A stretch of 64,000 nucleotides of DNA, taken from assembly GCF_009914755.1 (NCBI RefSeq), contig NC_060933.1, one strand, 5' to 3'. The notes under the pieces are model-generated. The model did not search any database. It worked only from the letters and a program-made list of their open reading frames with translations, and was not told where the DNA came from. The translations under genes and the position numbers were made by a program. Position 1 is the first letter of the stretch. The number at the start of each line of letters is the position of its first letter. Of this stretch, positions 40,267 through 53,862 are shown piece by piece. The DNA comes from the human T2T-CHM13v2.0 reference genome, Homo sapiens.

Positions 40267-40909
40267 TTATTTATTCCATCACCCAGATATGATAGTGTGA
40301 ACATTTCAGCATCTTTTCTGTGTGCATATGCACATTAAAAAACAGACCTTATTCTATATTTTATATCATGTTGCCTTTTTAAAAGGAAAATTGTAGCATG
40401 AACCTTTCCCACACCACTAAATGCTCTGTGTTTTACGGTGGTTGCCCACTCTTCTTTTATATGGGTATACTGTATTTATTTAACCAGTTCTGTATTCAGA
40501 TACTTCTGTCTACTCTTTTGCTATTGTAAATAACCCTGTGATGAAAATCCTTGCGCATGGATTGCCTCTCTGATTATTTTCCTTGGGAGAGATTGCTGAA
40601 AGGGAAATGACTGGGTCATGGGTCATAAACATTTTAAAGGCTCTTTACACATATTGACAAATTGCTTTGCAGGAAGATTCTAATGGTTTATCGTCTTATC
40701 AGCAGCATAGACATGACTTGGCCCCACGGGCTTCATTTCTGCCTGTGCCTCTCTGGTCTCCCTGGCATCCCAGTCTGAGCCTGTCACTGTCCAGTAGGCA
40801 CACTTTGTTAGGATGCAACACATCTCTGGGAGCTCACACGCCTCCCCTTAGACAGCTCTGTCAGCAGGGCCTGGCCTTAGCCTTTCTGTGGGTCTCTTCT
40901 CTTTCTTAG

Positions 40910-41491
<582 letters not shown>

Positions 41492-42140
41492 CATGTACTT
41501 AGAAGCCATATTAGAAATATACAGTCATAAGGACAAGTCCTGCTGGGTAATCCAGAGCTTAGGGAGCTTCCTCTGGGCTGGGCTGGGCAAGGTGAGGGAG
41601 TAGGGTGAGAGGTTTGGGTGATAATTGACCCTTGGGGGATTGCCTGAGAAGGAGACAGTTCAAGTGTGCTATGAGTGCAGAGCAGGGACTGGCCTGGCTT
41701 TGAAGGGACTCAAGTGACCAAATCTCTTGGCATGTGGCTCTCAGGATGCCTCTTGGTCCTGTGAGGCATGAACAGGATAGATGGGGGATGGCGGGGGCTG
41801 GGAGGGCCCAGGAGCCCAGTGCAGTGGGGGGTGAGAGCTGGGGCTGAGGACTGCAGAGGGCCTAAGCCTGTGGTTAGACTTCCTGTCAATGAGTGTAGCT
41901 CTCACGGTGAGGGTTGATGGGGAAGGTGGCAGCAACAGTTCCACAGGACAGCAGCGTCTCTCTTTCTGTTTCCATCTTATGTATGAGGGGGTGTGTGGGT
42001 TCTCGGGTCGGTGGCGGGCTGACAGTCTTCTCTGGGTCAGAGGGTTCTCTGTGGCTGGCTTTGACAAGCTGCTGCTTCCTCCCCCCGGGTCCTCACCCAG
42101 CCTCTTTTTGAACTGCCCACTCAGCCTGCTTTATTTCCAG

Positions 42141-42224
42141 CCTCTAGATCTCTGTAATCCTGCCCGGACCCTCCTGCTGTCAGAGGAGCTGCTGCTGTAT
42201 GAAGGGAGGAACAAGGCTGCCGAG
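42141..42224 (+). CDS. RGS3: RGS3 PH-like exon (PLDLCNPARTLLLSEELLLYEGRNKAAE), phase 0-0
   Basis: acceptor ctttatttccag|CCT, donor GAG|gtaaga, 84 nt. Confidence 0.96.
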
Positions 42225-45200
42225 GTAAGACTTTCACCTGCATTTTTTAGGGGGCTTTCTGGGTGGGCTTCATTGGCATTCTCCAGGCCCCTCACTTTGG
42301 TCTCTTCCTGAGTATCTTAGAATTGTACATTCTCAGGGTAGGGGAGACCTGAGAAGGACCCCGCCACTCTCCCTAGCAAAGGCTACCCAGCTTTTTCTTG
42401 TACATCTCCTTTCAAAAGCTGTCGAATCCTTCTTTGATGGTTAGAAAGTTTCCCCAGCCCCTAAAGACACCCCATTGTTTATCCCACCTTCCTCTCAGGA
42501 GCAGAAGAGATGGCAATTTACCCTGGCTGTGGGGAGTGACTTTGGTGGCAGGAAGAGTAAAGCTATTAGCCAAAGTGAATTTTTAGACCAGCATCAGTTT
42601 ACCTGAGTTTTCTGGGCCTGTTTTAACCCAAATCCCATGTCCTCTTCTGAGAGACGAGTCTATGATTTCGCCTGGGTTGTAGCTCTGCCTGTGGGGTGCT
42701 GACATGGGACCTGTGTCACCCTTCCTGGGAGCTGGCCTGGGATGCTTTTCTCTAATTGGGAGAACTTCATTCATCTACACAACCCCAGAGCTGGTCAGTT
42801 CAGTCTCTGAGCTTAAACTACTTGGGTACAGAAGTTGGAGCCCTGGGCTCTGCCCTGGCTACCTGGGGCCATGGGGTGAGGGTAGCAGGCTCTTTGCAGA
42901 TCAGGCCCCAATGTAGAGCTGCCTTGGCTGAGTCGAGTGGCAGCTTGGGGTAGTGGAAAGATCAGGAAACTTGGAGACAGGAAGTTTGTATCGAGACCCA
43001 GGTCTGCTGCTGGCTCACATGTGATTTCTTCCTTCTTCCTCAGTCTTTCCATCTGAGCAGTAGGTATGTGTGTATTTGAGGCAGTAAGGGCAGGGTCAGA
43101 GGTTGGTCTGTAAGGACGCTTTAAACCTCAGCCTTCTGGGACACTATGTGTGACTGTGGCTGAAGCAGGAGGTTGGTTTGTTTTTTAAGTAAGCAGACTG
43201 GACTGGAACTCATCTATTCCAAATGTACATTATCTTTTTCAAGGGAGTGCCCTGGGGGACTGCATGCTCCCTTCCACCGCTCGCTGTTGCCTACTGTATT
43301 TCTGGACCTCCTCTTTTCCGAACCTCCTCTTGGGAACTTTGCAAACTTTGGGAACTTAACAATCTTTGCATATCTTCTGAATTGTCTCAGTGGGAGTAAA
43401 ACTTCATCTGTTGGGAGGGATTTAAGTTTTAGGGATGAGAAGTCACTTAGAGCTATGTTTGGTGAATGAGAGTGTGGTGGACCTAAGTCTGGCATCCAAG
43501 GGTCAGAAATTGAGGTGTGGCCATAAATTCACAGACTCATAAGAAGCCAGTTAGAGATGGCAGCCACCCTGAAACATATACATAAGTCTAAATTCACTCT
43601 TCTGTTTGTCCACTTACCCTTGAATCTGCAAACATTGAGCACTTATTGTGTATCCTCATTGTGTATGCATTTTACATACTTGACCCCAATTAGCTCTTGC
43701 AGCACCCCCATGAAAGGCACGATTGTCCCCACTCTGTAGTTAAGGCAACTGAGGCTCCAGTGAGATTCACTGGGACCCAAGAGTCTCCAGGCTGGTAAGG
43801 AATGGAGCCGGGTCATTTCTGGCTCAGTGATGCTTTCCATGACCCCACACTGCTTCTGGCATGTCTGCATAAAGACAAACTAAGGAACACAAGCTGAAGC
43901 CAGAGCCTTGTGACAGTTGCAATTCGTCCAGAAAACCCTGCCTTATAGATCTCTGGAGACTTAGAACCAAGAGACCCCTCTCCCTTAGCCTTGAAGATTG
44001 AAGGAAACAATTTGAAGACAAGTAAAATAAATATTAATGTATTCCTTTTTGTTGAAGTATGATGGCAACCAAACATGTAGATCTGGGCATCCTGTCATAT
44101 TACTCACACCAAAAAAAAAAAAAAAAAAAAATTCAAAGGGATTTGGATAAATTCATGAAATCTCAGCATTGGTTAGGCTTTCAGGAGTCATCCATGCTAA
44201 TTGCTTCCTTGTAACTTTCCAGTTAAATGGTTTTCTGATTGGTGCTTGAATCTTCTAGGGCAGCCCATTAGAGCAGTGGTTTTTTTTTTTACTGGGAAGG
44301 GCTAAATTGTAGAGCATTCTCCCTTACACTCAACAGAAATCTTTATTTGTGGAATGTTCCTCCTTGGTTCTTTGTCCCATCACTTCTCTGGGCATGCTCA
44401 AGTTTGCTAACATCTGTGAGCTGATCCAGTCCCGCACCGTGAACTACCCTCATCACAGCCCCTTCCAGAAGTAATAGACTTGATTAATGTGCCCTGAGGT
44501 CTATGGCCCTGTGCGAGGTTCTGGGAATACCATGAAGCACAAGACAGACACACCCTCCCTTTACACACTGACTCATGGAGTTTACCATTAACTAAGGCAC
44601 CAAAGTCTTTTTGGTAAACTCTGCTCTTAGGTCAGATTCCCAAGAAGAAGCTTAGTTAGGGCCACTTGGGAGAAGCCACCCTCCAAGTGGTAAGGACCCC
44701 CTTACCAAGTGATCCCTCAACTCTGACCCTTTGGAAAATCAGATGTGTCCTTGGAGCAAGTGTGGGGAAGACACTGGGTGACCCCCGTGGCCTGTGGAAG
44801 GCGACAGGTGATTGGGCCATGGAGATGGGCATCACTCTCCCATGGGCTGCCGTGGCCCCTGCTGGTGCTGGTGAGATGGGGGAGTCCACATGCCCTCCCC
44901 GGCACGCTTGCCCCTCTGCTCTGCCTCCAGCTGTGTGCCAGCTCTGGCCTTTCCCTGACCCAACCTTTGGGAAATTTTTCATTTATGCCTTAATCACTTC
45001 CTGTCTAGACCATATTCTCAGCCCTGGGAATCTGAGCCAGAGTGGTGGCCTGGGCCTTTTCTCACCTTGCTCATGGTTCTTCCCCAGTTGCTGGTGGCTC
45101 CTCCTACTTGCCCTACTTCCACCCCTCTCTGGGCCTGGGCTGTTTTTTTTGTTTTTTTTTTTTTAAACTTTCTAGGCTCCTGACAGATTGTCGGCTCCAG

Positions 45201-47529
45201 CCCTTCCCCTGCCAGCCTCCCTCTGGGTCTGGAGGTGACTACCAGATTTCCCTTGAGTCAGCGACACGTTTTGTGGGACCCTGAGGGTTTGCTTTGTGTT
45301 TCTGGCTAGTTTAGAGCCTTCTTTCCATTGCTCGGACTTTGAAGTCTTCTCAGACAACCAATTCCTTGACTCCTTCTGAGCTCTTGAGTCATTTTCTTCA
45401 CCTCATCTCTTAACATTATTATTATCATTATTATTATTAATTATTATTTTTGCCTCATTTGCTCCACCTCTTTGGTCTCTGGATTCTTTCACATTCAGGA
45501 ACTGCACAGCTGTAAGCACATTGGTATCTCTCTGTATAGTGATAGCTTTAGGTCAGCTATACCTGGGTAATGGTCCCTGGCTGTGTGGCCATGGACAGGT
45601 CACTTAACCTGTCTGAGCTCTAGGGTCCTCATCTGTAAATGAGGGCAGTGGTGTTATTTATAAGTGAGGATCCACTGAGCAGAAAGGAAGCGTTCAACAC
45701 TTGAAGACTTCTCTTGGGCTGCACTGAGACAGGGCTGTGGTGGGAAGGGTTAGGGTCACTACCAAGATGCCTTATAGCCCAGGGTTCTGGAGTCCTCATG
45801 TTTGGGCCCCATTGGAGAAGCCAAAGCCCCTGAGAGCTCCTTCAAGGACGTCTCCCTGTTGTCTCTGCAGCCCAGATTTCCTCAAGCCTCTGTATTTGTG
45901 CTACACTCAAGAAGCCAAGCCATATTTTGATATATATTCTATATTTTTAAATTACAAAAGTAACAGTGATTGCAAATATAATACACATTAAATCAAAATG
46001 TATCAATTAAAATCCCACTCCCTGGAGTGAGGAGTGTGGCATCTTAACTATTTTAAAAATGTATAACTATAGAGAAATGTGTTGTTTTGTTTTACAAAAT
46101 TGGATTCTATGCTAGATATTTTTGCACATTGTACTATTTTGATTTACGATAGACAGATTTCTATTTCTGCCCACATAGCTCTACTTTATTTTTTAATAGT
46201 TGCATAAAATTCTGCCGTATGAAGTTAGCACAATTCATTTTATTCATCTTCTCTTGATGAATGTTTGTTATTTTCTTAAATTACAAAAATGCTGCTGAGA
46301 ACATCCTCATATGTTCATATTTATACCTCCTTGTAAGTATTTCTGTAGGATAGAGTCTCAGAAGTGAGGCTGTGGGGTCATCTTTAACAGGTTGATAGCT
46401 GAATGTCAACCTGTTGGCTTTTTAAATGTCACCAACAGTCCAACACACACTCACGGTACCCTTCAGTGCATGCCAAGCCCTTCTGGCTGGTTCTTCTTCA
46501 GAAGAGACAAGGTGTCAGGTGTTTGATATCTCAAAGGGAAGTTCACATACTTAATAACACTTTGTTTTCTTTGGAGAATCTAAAATTGGATTTTATTGCT
46601 TTTGACTAAAGGCCACTGCAGGATTTGCAAAACAAAGAACAGTGTAATCTTTAGTGGCATTAAAGGATCAAGTGGATTTTCTTAGCATAAAAATATGCTG
46701 AGCGTGCCTGTTGGTTTACCTATAATGTCTAAGAATAGCCTCTGCCTTTATTTTTGGAGCAGCTAATGCATGAAAAAGATAAAAGTGATGTCCATGTCTG
46801 TACTAGAGTGTGAGTAACTGGCTGTTTCTTAAACTGATTTCTCATTAATGCAATTAAACTTATCCACAAGGAATTTGATAATATTAGCTCACATTGTGTG
46901 GCGCTTTACTAGGTCTGCAAAAAGCTCTTGGAAGGATCCTGTAAGAATGCCAAGCAGGGACTCTTCTCCCTGTTTGGGCTGTTGAGAAAACTGAAGGGGT
47001 TAAGGGGTTTAAGCCAATATTTTTGTGGCTAGTTGGTGGCAGAGCTGGGATAGGAGCCTCCTGACTTCTGACTTTCAAGTCCAGTGCTCTTTCAGCCAGA
47101 CACTTAGAGCAGAATAAAAGCAAATATGGAAAATCTTACAGCTTAAGGATTGCTCCAAGCCCCAGGTGCTGGGCTGGAGGCTCCAGGAGCATTTGGTCAG
47201 AGATGTAGGCTTCGGGGATCAGGCTGTGGAGAGGCTTGCAGAGACCAGCTGCCATGGAGGGTGAGGGCCACTTTTCCCCTTCTGTTTGCTTTTTTCCTAC
47301 TTTGAGGAGTGGAAGTATAGGAAGCTGGAGGGTGATGGGGCCATCTTGACTGCAGGTCAGGACTGCCCTTGGCTGAGGCTGTACTGAGCACTGCTCCTGG
47401 TTTTGTGTGAGATGATGAGGATGCATTATCTGGGGAGGCTGTGGCTCCCCACCTTCTCGGGGAGGTTGTGGCTCTCAGCCTCCAGAGGACAGCAAAGTAG
47501 CCAGTTCTGTTTGCTCTCTGTCAACCCAG

Positions 47530-47641
47530 GTGACACTGTTTGCCTATTCGGACCTGCTGCTCTTCACCAAGGAGGACGAGCCTGGCCGCTGCGACGTCCT
47601 GAGGAACCCCCTCTACCTCCAGAGTGTGAAGCTGCAGGAAG
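47530..47641 (+). CDS. RGS3: RGS3 PH-like exon (VTLFAYSDLLLFTKEDEPGRCDVLRNPLYLQSVKLQE), phase 0-1
   Basis: acceptor ctctctgtcaacccag|GTG, donor AAG|gtaagc, 112 nt. Confidence 0.96.
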
Positions 47642-50600
47642 GTAAGCAGATGCCGTAGGTGCCCAGAGCCCCTCTCAACTTGCCCCAGTCCCACTGCTCT
47701 GGGCAGCCCTCTGGGATCTGGCTGCCAGTCATCCGTAGGGCACTGGAGTGTGTGCTGCTGGGCTCTGTCCATGGGCTAGTAGGTCTCAGACACTGGCATT
47801 CTTTCTAGGCTGGTAAGCCTTCTGATATACCTGAGGTTTTCAGGGAAGTTTCTATTCTAGAGACTTTCCAGAGAGGCTGTGGAGTCGGGTAGGAAGAGCT
47901 TTGGATTCAGACAGACCTGTGCTCAAATCTTGGCCCTGTCCCTCCATACTGGGATGACTGTGGGCACTGTACTCAGCCTCTCTGAGACTGTTTCCTCCCG
48001 TGTAAATAGGGATAAAAATAGTAACCGAGAAGGTTGCTGTGAAGATTAAGCTAGGTCATAAATGCAAAGTGCCTGGCCCATAACAGGTGCCCAATAAATA
48101 CTTGTTGCCACCCACTCACCCCACAGATCTGTGGACAGAGACCGCAACTCGGCTCTACTCAGCTGCATGGCCCTGCGGAGCCCAAGCCGCTGGGGCTCAG
48201 GCACATGTGGGAGCGTGGAGGGAATTTCTAACCCAAACTTTCCACCACGCCCTCCACTCGTGGGAGGGGAAGCCAGCTGGGAGTATCTGTCAGTGGTTTG
48301 GTTTGGCGCCTGAGGTCTCTGCTGAGAGGGGCTCGGTTTCCTCTCCCAGATCATGAAAACAACAGACCCGTTTGAGGATGGGTGACAGGGGCAGAGAGGA
48401 AAATATTACCCAGTGAAAGAATTCTGTTTTGGTGGGGTTTGCTCGGGAAAGCTTCCTGGCTGTTTGCAAACTGTCCTGCCTGCTTAGTGCCTGAGTGTTC
48501 CTCCTCCTCGGAAACCCATTCAGTATGAGAACCGCCACTCTCACTTCCCCACAGGAAGCCACTGACAACTTCTCCATCTCGGGCTCTGGCCTTTCCCCTG
48601 TCCATGGAAGGGAAAAGCAAGTCACCTCACTGGGTCAGCTCCTCCCTCCAGGCGGGCTCAGCCTGACCACAGGGCGGTGGGAAGAAGCCGCCTGAGCAAC
48701 TCCAGTTCCGGCACTGGCATTCCCAGAGTTCCCCATGCCTGCTGGAGGGCATTAGGTTGGAGTTCCAGTGGCCTCTGTTCCTGGGCTTTCCTGCCATCCT
48801 CTCCATACCCCCAGCCCCTCCCTGGCTCCCTCACACCCAGCTTCCCATATGCCCATTCTCCAGCCTGCAGTGTGCATATTCACACATGCACTCACACCGA
48901 GTCCCTTCTTCTCTGCTTCCCCCTCCCTGCCCCCAGCCCAGACAGTCTAGGACCCCATCACATTTGAGGGAGGAGCACTGGATGGGCCAGGGCTCAGTAA
49001 TATGCCCTGGTTGGTACATGAATGGAACCCTCTCTCTGTTGTGCACATTACAAGGCTGAAGCTATAACCCAGGACCCTGGTTTGCTCAGCTTCCTGCGAG
49101 AAGGAGGGAGGGAAGAGAAGCAAGGCTCACACTGGCTACAATTTGGGTGGAGGTGGAGGTTGCGGGGAGAAGGTAGTAGAGGAGCTGAGGGCAGTGGCTG
49201 GGAGTCTGGGATCTGGGCGTGGTACTGCTGTGCTGTGCTGTGTGGCTTCAGCTGGCCCTTTCCCTTTGCCTTCAGTTTCTCTGACTGGGAACTAAGGGTG
49301 GGGCCAGCGCTTTGTGTCCCTCCCAGCTCTGATGCCCTCACACAGAACCCCAGAGCTTGCTGTGAGCAGCTGCTGGACCATGCCTATATTATCCTGCCTC
49401 TACCCCTCTGGGGGCCTGGTTGGGGAATTGGTTGGGATCTCCCCTTCTGGAGGCCCCAGGCCCCAGACTTGAAGCTAGGGGTGGGGTGTGCTCCATCCTC
49501 CACTGGGTTGTGATGGTCAAGGTGGGTGGTGTGGGGCCTTGGGGTGTCACAGAGACTCTCCAGGTGCTGAGCTGCTTTTGAGCTGCAGCCTTGTGTAAGC
49601 TTGGCACTGTGGCTTCCTCTCCCTGCAGATGGAGGGCGAGCTGCACAAGGGCTGAGGATGGCCAAGGCAGTACTTCTCAGGAGAGACCACCATGGACGGA
49701 AGAGCCCCTTGGGTTGGTGTGGGAGAGGGGCCTGTGTGTGTGTGTGTGCATGTGTCTGCCTGCCCTGGATTTTTTTGGATAGATGGTTTGGGGCCAAACT
49801 CCAGGGAGCCTGAGAGCTGCTGAGAGGGATGGAAATGGCTCCATTTCTAGGTGCACAATCCAACGCTTAGATTTCTTTCCAGGCACCGATAGAGCCCTTG
49901 CCTTCCCCCAGCTGCCCCCACTCCCCTGAGACAGGCTTGTGGGCCCAGAGGCTCATGGAAGTTTAGTGACCCCTTCTCCTGCAGTCTAAATTGGAGCCGC
50001 AGGACCCAGTGTTCTGAGTCCTGGCGTCCAATTTCCTGCCTGCTTCCCCTGTGCCCCAAGAGACCTGCTGCAGCAGCAAGGGCCTGAGGCTTTTAAGGGA
50101 TGCATTTGGGACCTCAGCTGGAGCCTCTGTTGGCAGAATGGTCTCTGATTAATATTGCTCATGACTCCTAGGTTTCTTATTTGTCTCTTTCAAACCACCA
50201 TGTATGCAGAATTCAATTTGGGGCAAAGAAGATGGCAAACAAGGAATGCACCCAACCTTTCTGGCTGGTTGGGGCTGGCAGGGGCTGCTCCCTGGCAGGG
50301 GAGAATCAGCCCCATGCTAGGGACCAAGGTATCCCTGTGTAACTTGTCTGAAGAGTCCTTAGCTCCATTGGCCAAGCATACTCCCAGGGCCTAGCCTGGG
50401 GCATGGAACACTGTGGGTGCCTAATCAATGTTTGTTGTGTGAATGAATGACTAAAAGGAGAGCAGAAGTGTTGCCTCAGTTCGGGAGCTGGGGGTGCACC
50501 TCTCCCCCAGGGCTCCTGGGTGGTAGTCACTTAAATCTTGTCTGGCCCCGTCCTGCCCAGCCTCCCCTAGGCTTCAGCAGGGCTGAATGGCAGTGTAATG

Positions 50601-53600
50601 GGAACAGGCGGAGAGCTGGCGCTAACAATTGGAACATCTCCGGTCAGCCGGGGCCCATTGTGGTCTCTTCCTGCCTCTGCTGCCCGCTAGCTTTGCTACT
50701 CTTTGTGTTGCTGCCTCCCAGGTGGCCAGCGTCATGCCCATAGTGTGTCTTTCTGGCCTGCTCTGGTGTCTCAGAAGTGGCCTGGAAATGTTTTGCTGAT
50801 TATTAGGCTCTCCAGTCACCTTAGAGCCAGGTAGGCAGTTGCAGAAAGTCAGTTGCTTTGGTCTCAGCTGCTGGAATGTTTGGAGTTAACTCTTGGTTAG
50901 TCCTCATTTTCTGAGCACGTCCTCAGAACCCACATCAGTGATAGCAGTGCTGGGGTGGTAGCAGTGGAAGGGACACGTTGCCACCTCTGGGGCTCATAGC
51001 CTGGTGGAATGCAGACGAGTAACCGTGGAGGGGTAGAAGTGTGACATGGTGGTCAGGACGTAGGCTCTGGAGGCAGGCAGTCCTCACTTCAAAGCTCGGC
51101 TTTGCCACTTACTCAATGTATGCCCTATTCATGTTGTTCTCCCTCCCTGGGCCTCAGTCTCTATATCTGGAGAATGGGGACAATACCCCTTCTGCTTGCC
51201 TCAGACAGCGAAGGGGGTTTGCTTAATGGTTGAGTTTTGGATCTCAGATCAGGTGAGAGAGGGCTCTGGGAAAGTGACGGAGGGGTCAGACCTGGGCCAG
51301 GAAGCTATCTCTGGGGCCCACCCAGCCCGTGATTGGGGATCCCTCCTGCATGGTCCATGTATTCCTTGCGGGAAGCGAGGTCCACTCTGGAACCCAATGG
51401 CTCCTTGTTGCATTTCAAAATGCCAAGGCAGTTGGAATGTTTAAAGGAAAACCCAGATGCGTGCTGCCCTTCTCCTCCCTCCTAGCCCCCAGTTCTAATG
51501 TTCTAGAAGGGGCAGAATTTCTCTCCTGGGTCAGCCCCTTGCAGCCTGTTTTCTACAGCTGCAGCTCCTCTCCGGCACCCTTGGCTTCCTCAGTTTGTTG
51601 TTCTTTTATGAGGCTCTGAACCATGCTGAGTGCTGCCCCCATTCCGTCCTCCTCTCAAAGTACTGCCAGCACAAGGCTGTGACGTGGAACAGATTTCAGA
51701 GAAAGTTTGCAGTAATGCAGGGAGGTTGGGGAAGGAGGCAAGGGTGTCACAGCACAGAAAAGTTGTCAAGGCAATCCATCCACCATTCCCTGCCATAGGA
51801 AATATGTCTCAGGGAGTGTTCCCCCAACCTCAGCCTCCTATTTCCCTGCAGCTCTCATCTCCTGGACTTTCCTCTCCCTTCTAGAACCTTCTCTTTTCTT
51901 GCCGCCAGCTTCTAACCCCCAAGTTTCTGTTATTTTCTTACATAGATCCTTTTGACTCTTACTTGGCACTAGGATCTGCTTCTGGAAGGCCAAAGAAATG
52001 TCCCAGTGTGTTCTCTTAAACAAAAGAAACCACCTCCTCTTGTCTCCACCCTCAGCAACACAAGGAACCAGCAGAAGCTTTGAAATTAGTTTTCTTAAAC
52101 ATGATGGACTTCTTAGGCAGGACTCCCTCCCTCCCCAGTCCATCGCTAGGTGGGAAGAAGTAGAAAGATTTATTCTCCCTAAGTCCGAAGTGAACCCTCA
52201 TTTACATAAGGGAGATTTTTTAATCTGGCTGTGCCTGGCAGCCCTTGGCCCTAGGGATAGCTTTGTCTCAGAACTGCCCATATACCTTGCTTCGAGGGGG
52301 CCTGGCCTTCACCCACACCAGGGCCCTCATTCACTGCTTTTCTTAGGAATTGACTTGACCCACAGTCTCTATTTTTATCTTGCTGTCTTCTCTTTGCAAC
52401 TAATTTTGCTGTCTTTGACAATTTCTTTACTTCAAGTATGTGTTAAGGGTTCTACCTTGAGCCCAGCACTGGCCTGGTGCTTTGAGAGGACAGAGGAGCT
52501 GGATAGGGCATATGTGGTGGGCATTTGAGAGGTGGGCTGTGTAGTGGTAGGAGTGTGGGCTCTGGATCCAGGCTACCTGGGTCTAAATCTTGATTCTCTT
52601 CCTTACTCCTGGGCAAGTTACTCAATTCATCTGTGCCTCAGTTTTCTCAAGAGTCTTGGGTGAAAAGAGCCCTGTCTTCCAGGGGTTGTTGTGAGGGTCA
52701 AGCATATCCATGGGAAGCATAAGGAACAGTGGTTGGCATGGAGCACTGTGGTGCGCTAAGGTCCTGTGGCCCTTTAAGCATTTACTGTTTTACGTGCTGC
52801 GTGGTTGCTTCCCTCAACAATGACAGTTTGCCTAGTGAGACCCATTGCACGGTCACAGGGAGTAACCATCCCAGGACCGTGCCCAGACAAGTGACCTAAG
52901 CGGGAGTGCTGCCAGGCCCTGAGGAGTGGCTGCAGTGGGCAGGGCAGGTGTCCTGGAGGGAGGGACCAGGCTGCTTCTCTGCACTTGCTCTTCCTTGAAC
53001 ACAATTTGTGCTTCTCTTGGAATGTCCTTTCTTCCCACCTTGAGTCCAAACTCAACAGGGCCCTCCTTCAGGAAGCTTTTCCCAGAAGCTGGGTGTCATC
53101 TCCTGGTCCTCCTGCTTCTGAAGCGCTCTGAGCAATCACCTTCCCTCGGCGTTGACATTGGACCTTAGCTCCTCTGCTGAAGGAGGCAGTTGCTGACAGC
53201 CCTCCCAGATGCCTCCCAGGTGGAGGGGAGTTAGTGAATGGTTGCAACTGGGATCCTGGACTAGGGGTTAGGAGGCTATAGGAAAACATACAGAGAGGTG
53301 AAGCCTGGGCCTGGAAGCTGTCTCTGGGCTCCACCCAGTCTATGACAGGGTATCCACCTGCACAGCCCACCATTCCTTGGCGGAAAACAAGCCTCCCTAT
53401 TGAATTTCAAAATGGCAAAGGCAGTTGGAGCATTTAAAGGAAAATCCAGATGTGTGCTGCCTCCAGGTCTCTCACTGCAGAAATCATGGAAGGGAGGAGG
53501 CCTCCTGGGATGGATGAGGGCTCCCCCCAGTACCTGATGCCCAGAGGGTGCTGCTGGCTACCTCTCCTGGGGATGAGGTTTCAGCATTCCTTGGGCCAGG

Positions 53601-53818
53601 CTGACCCGCAGGCAAATGCCTTAGAGCTGTACATTACCCTGGTTAGTTACGTAGCCAATTTTCCTCCAGAGACTTCCCTGCCTCCCATGCCTGCCTCTCT
53701 CTTTTCCCAGGAGGTGCCACACACAGCCTTCTGGGCAAGACAGCTGACTGTGCTGGAGCAAACTGCTGAGGCTCTTTATCCAGTTCTAATGCAAATCTTA
53801 CTTTTTGTTCCCTCAAAG

Positions 53819-53862
53819 GTTCTTCAGAAGATCTGAAATTCTGCGTGCTCTATCTAGCAGAG
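53819..53862 (+). CDS. RGS3: RGS3 PH-like exon (GSSEDLKFCVLYLAE), phase 1-0
   Basis: acceptor ctttttgttccctcaaag|GT, donor GAG|gtgagt, 44 nt. Confidence 0.95.
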
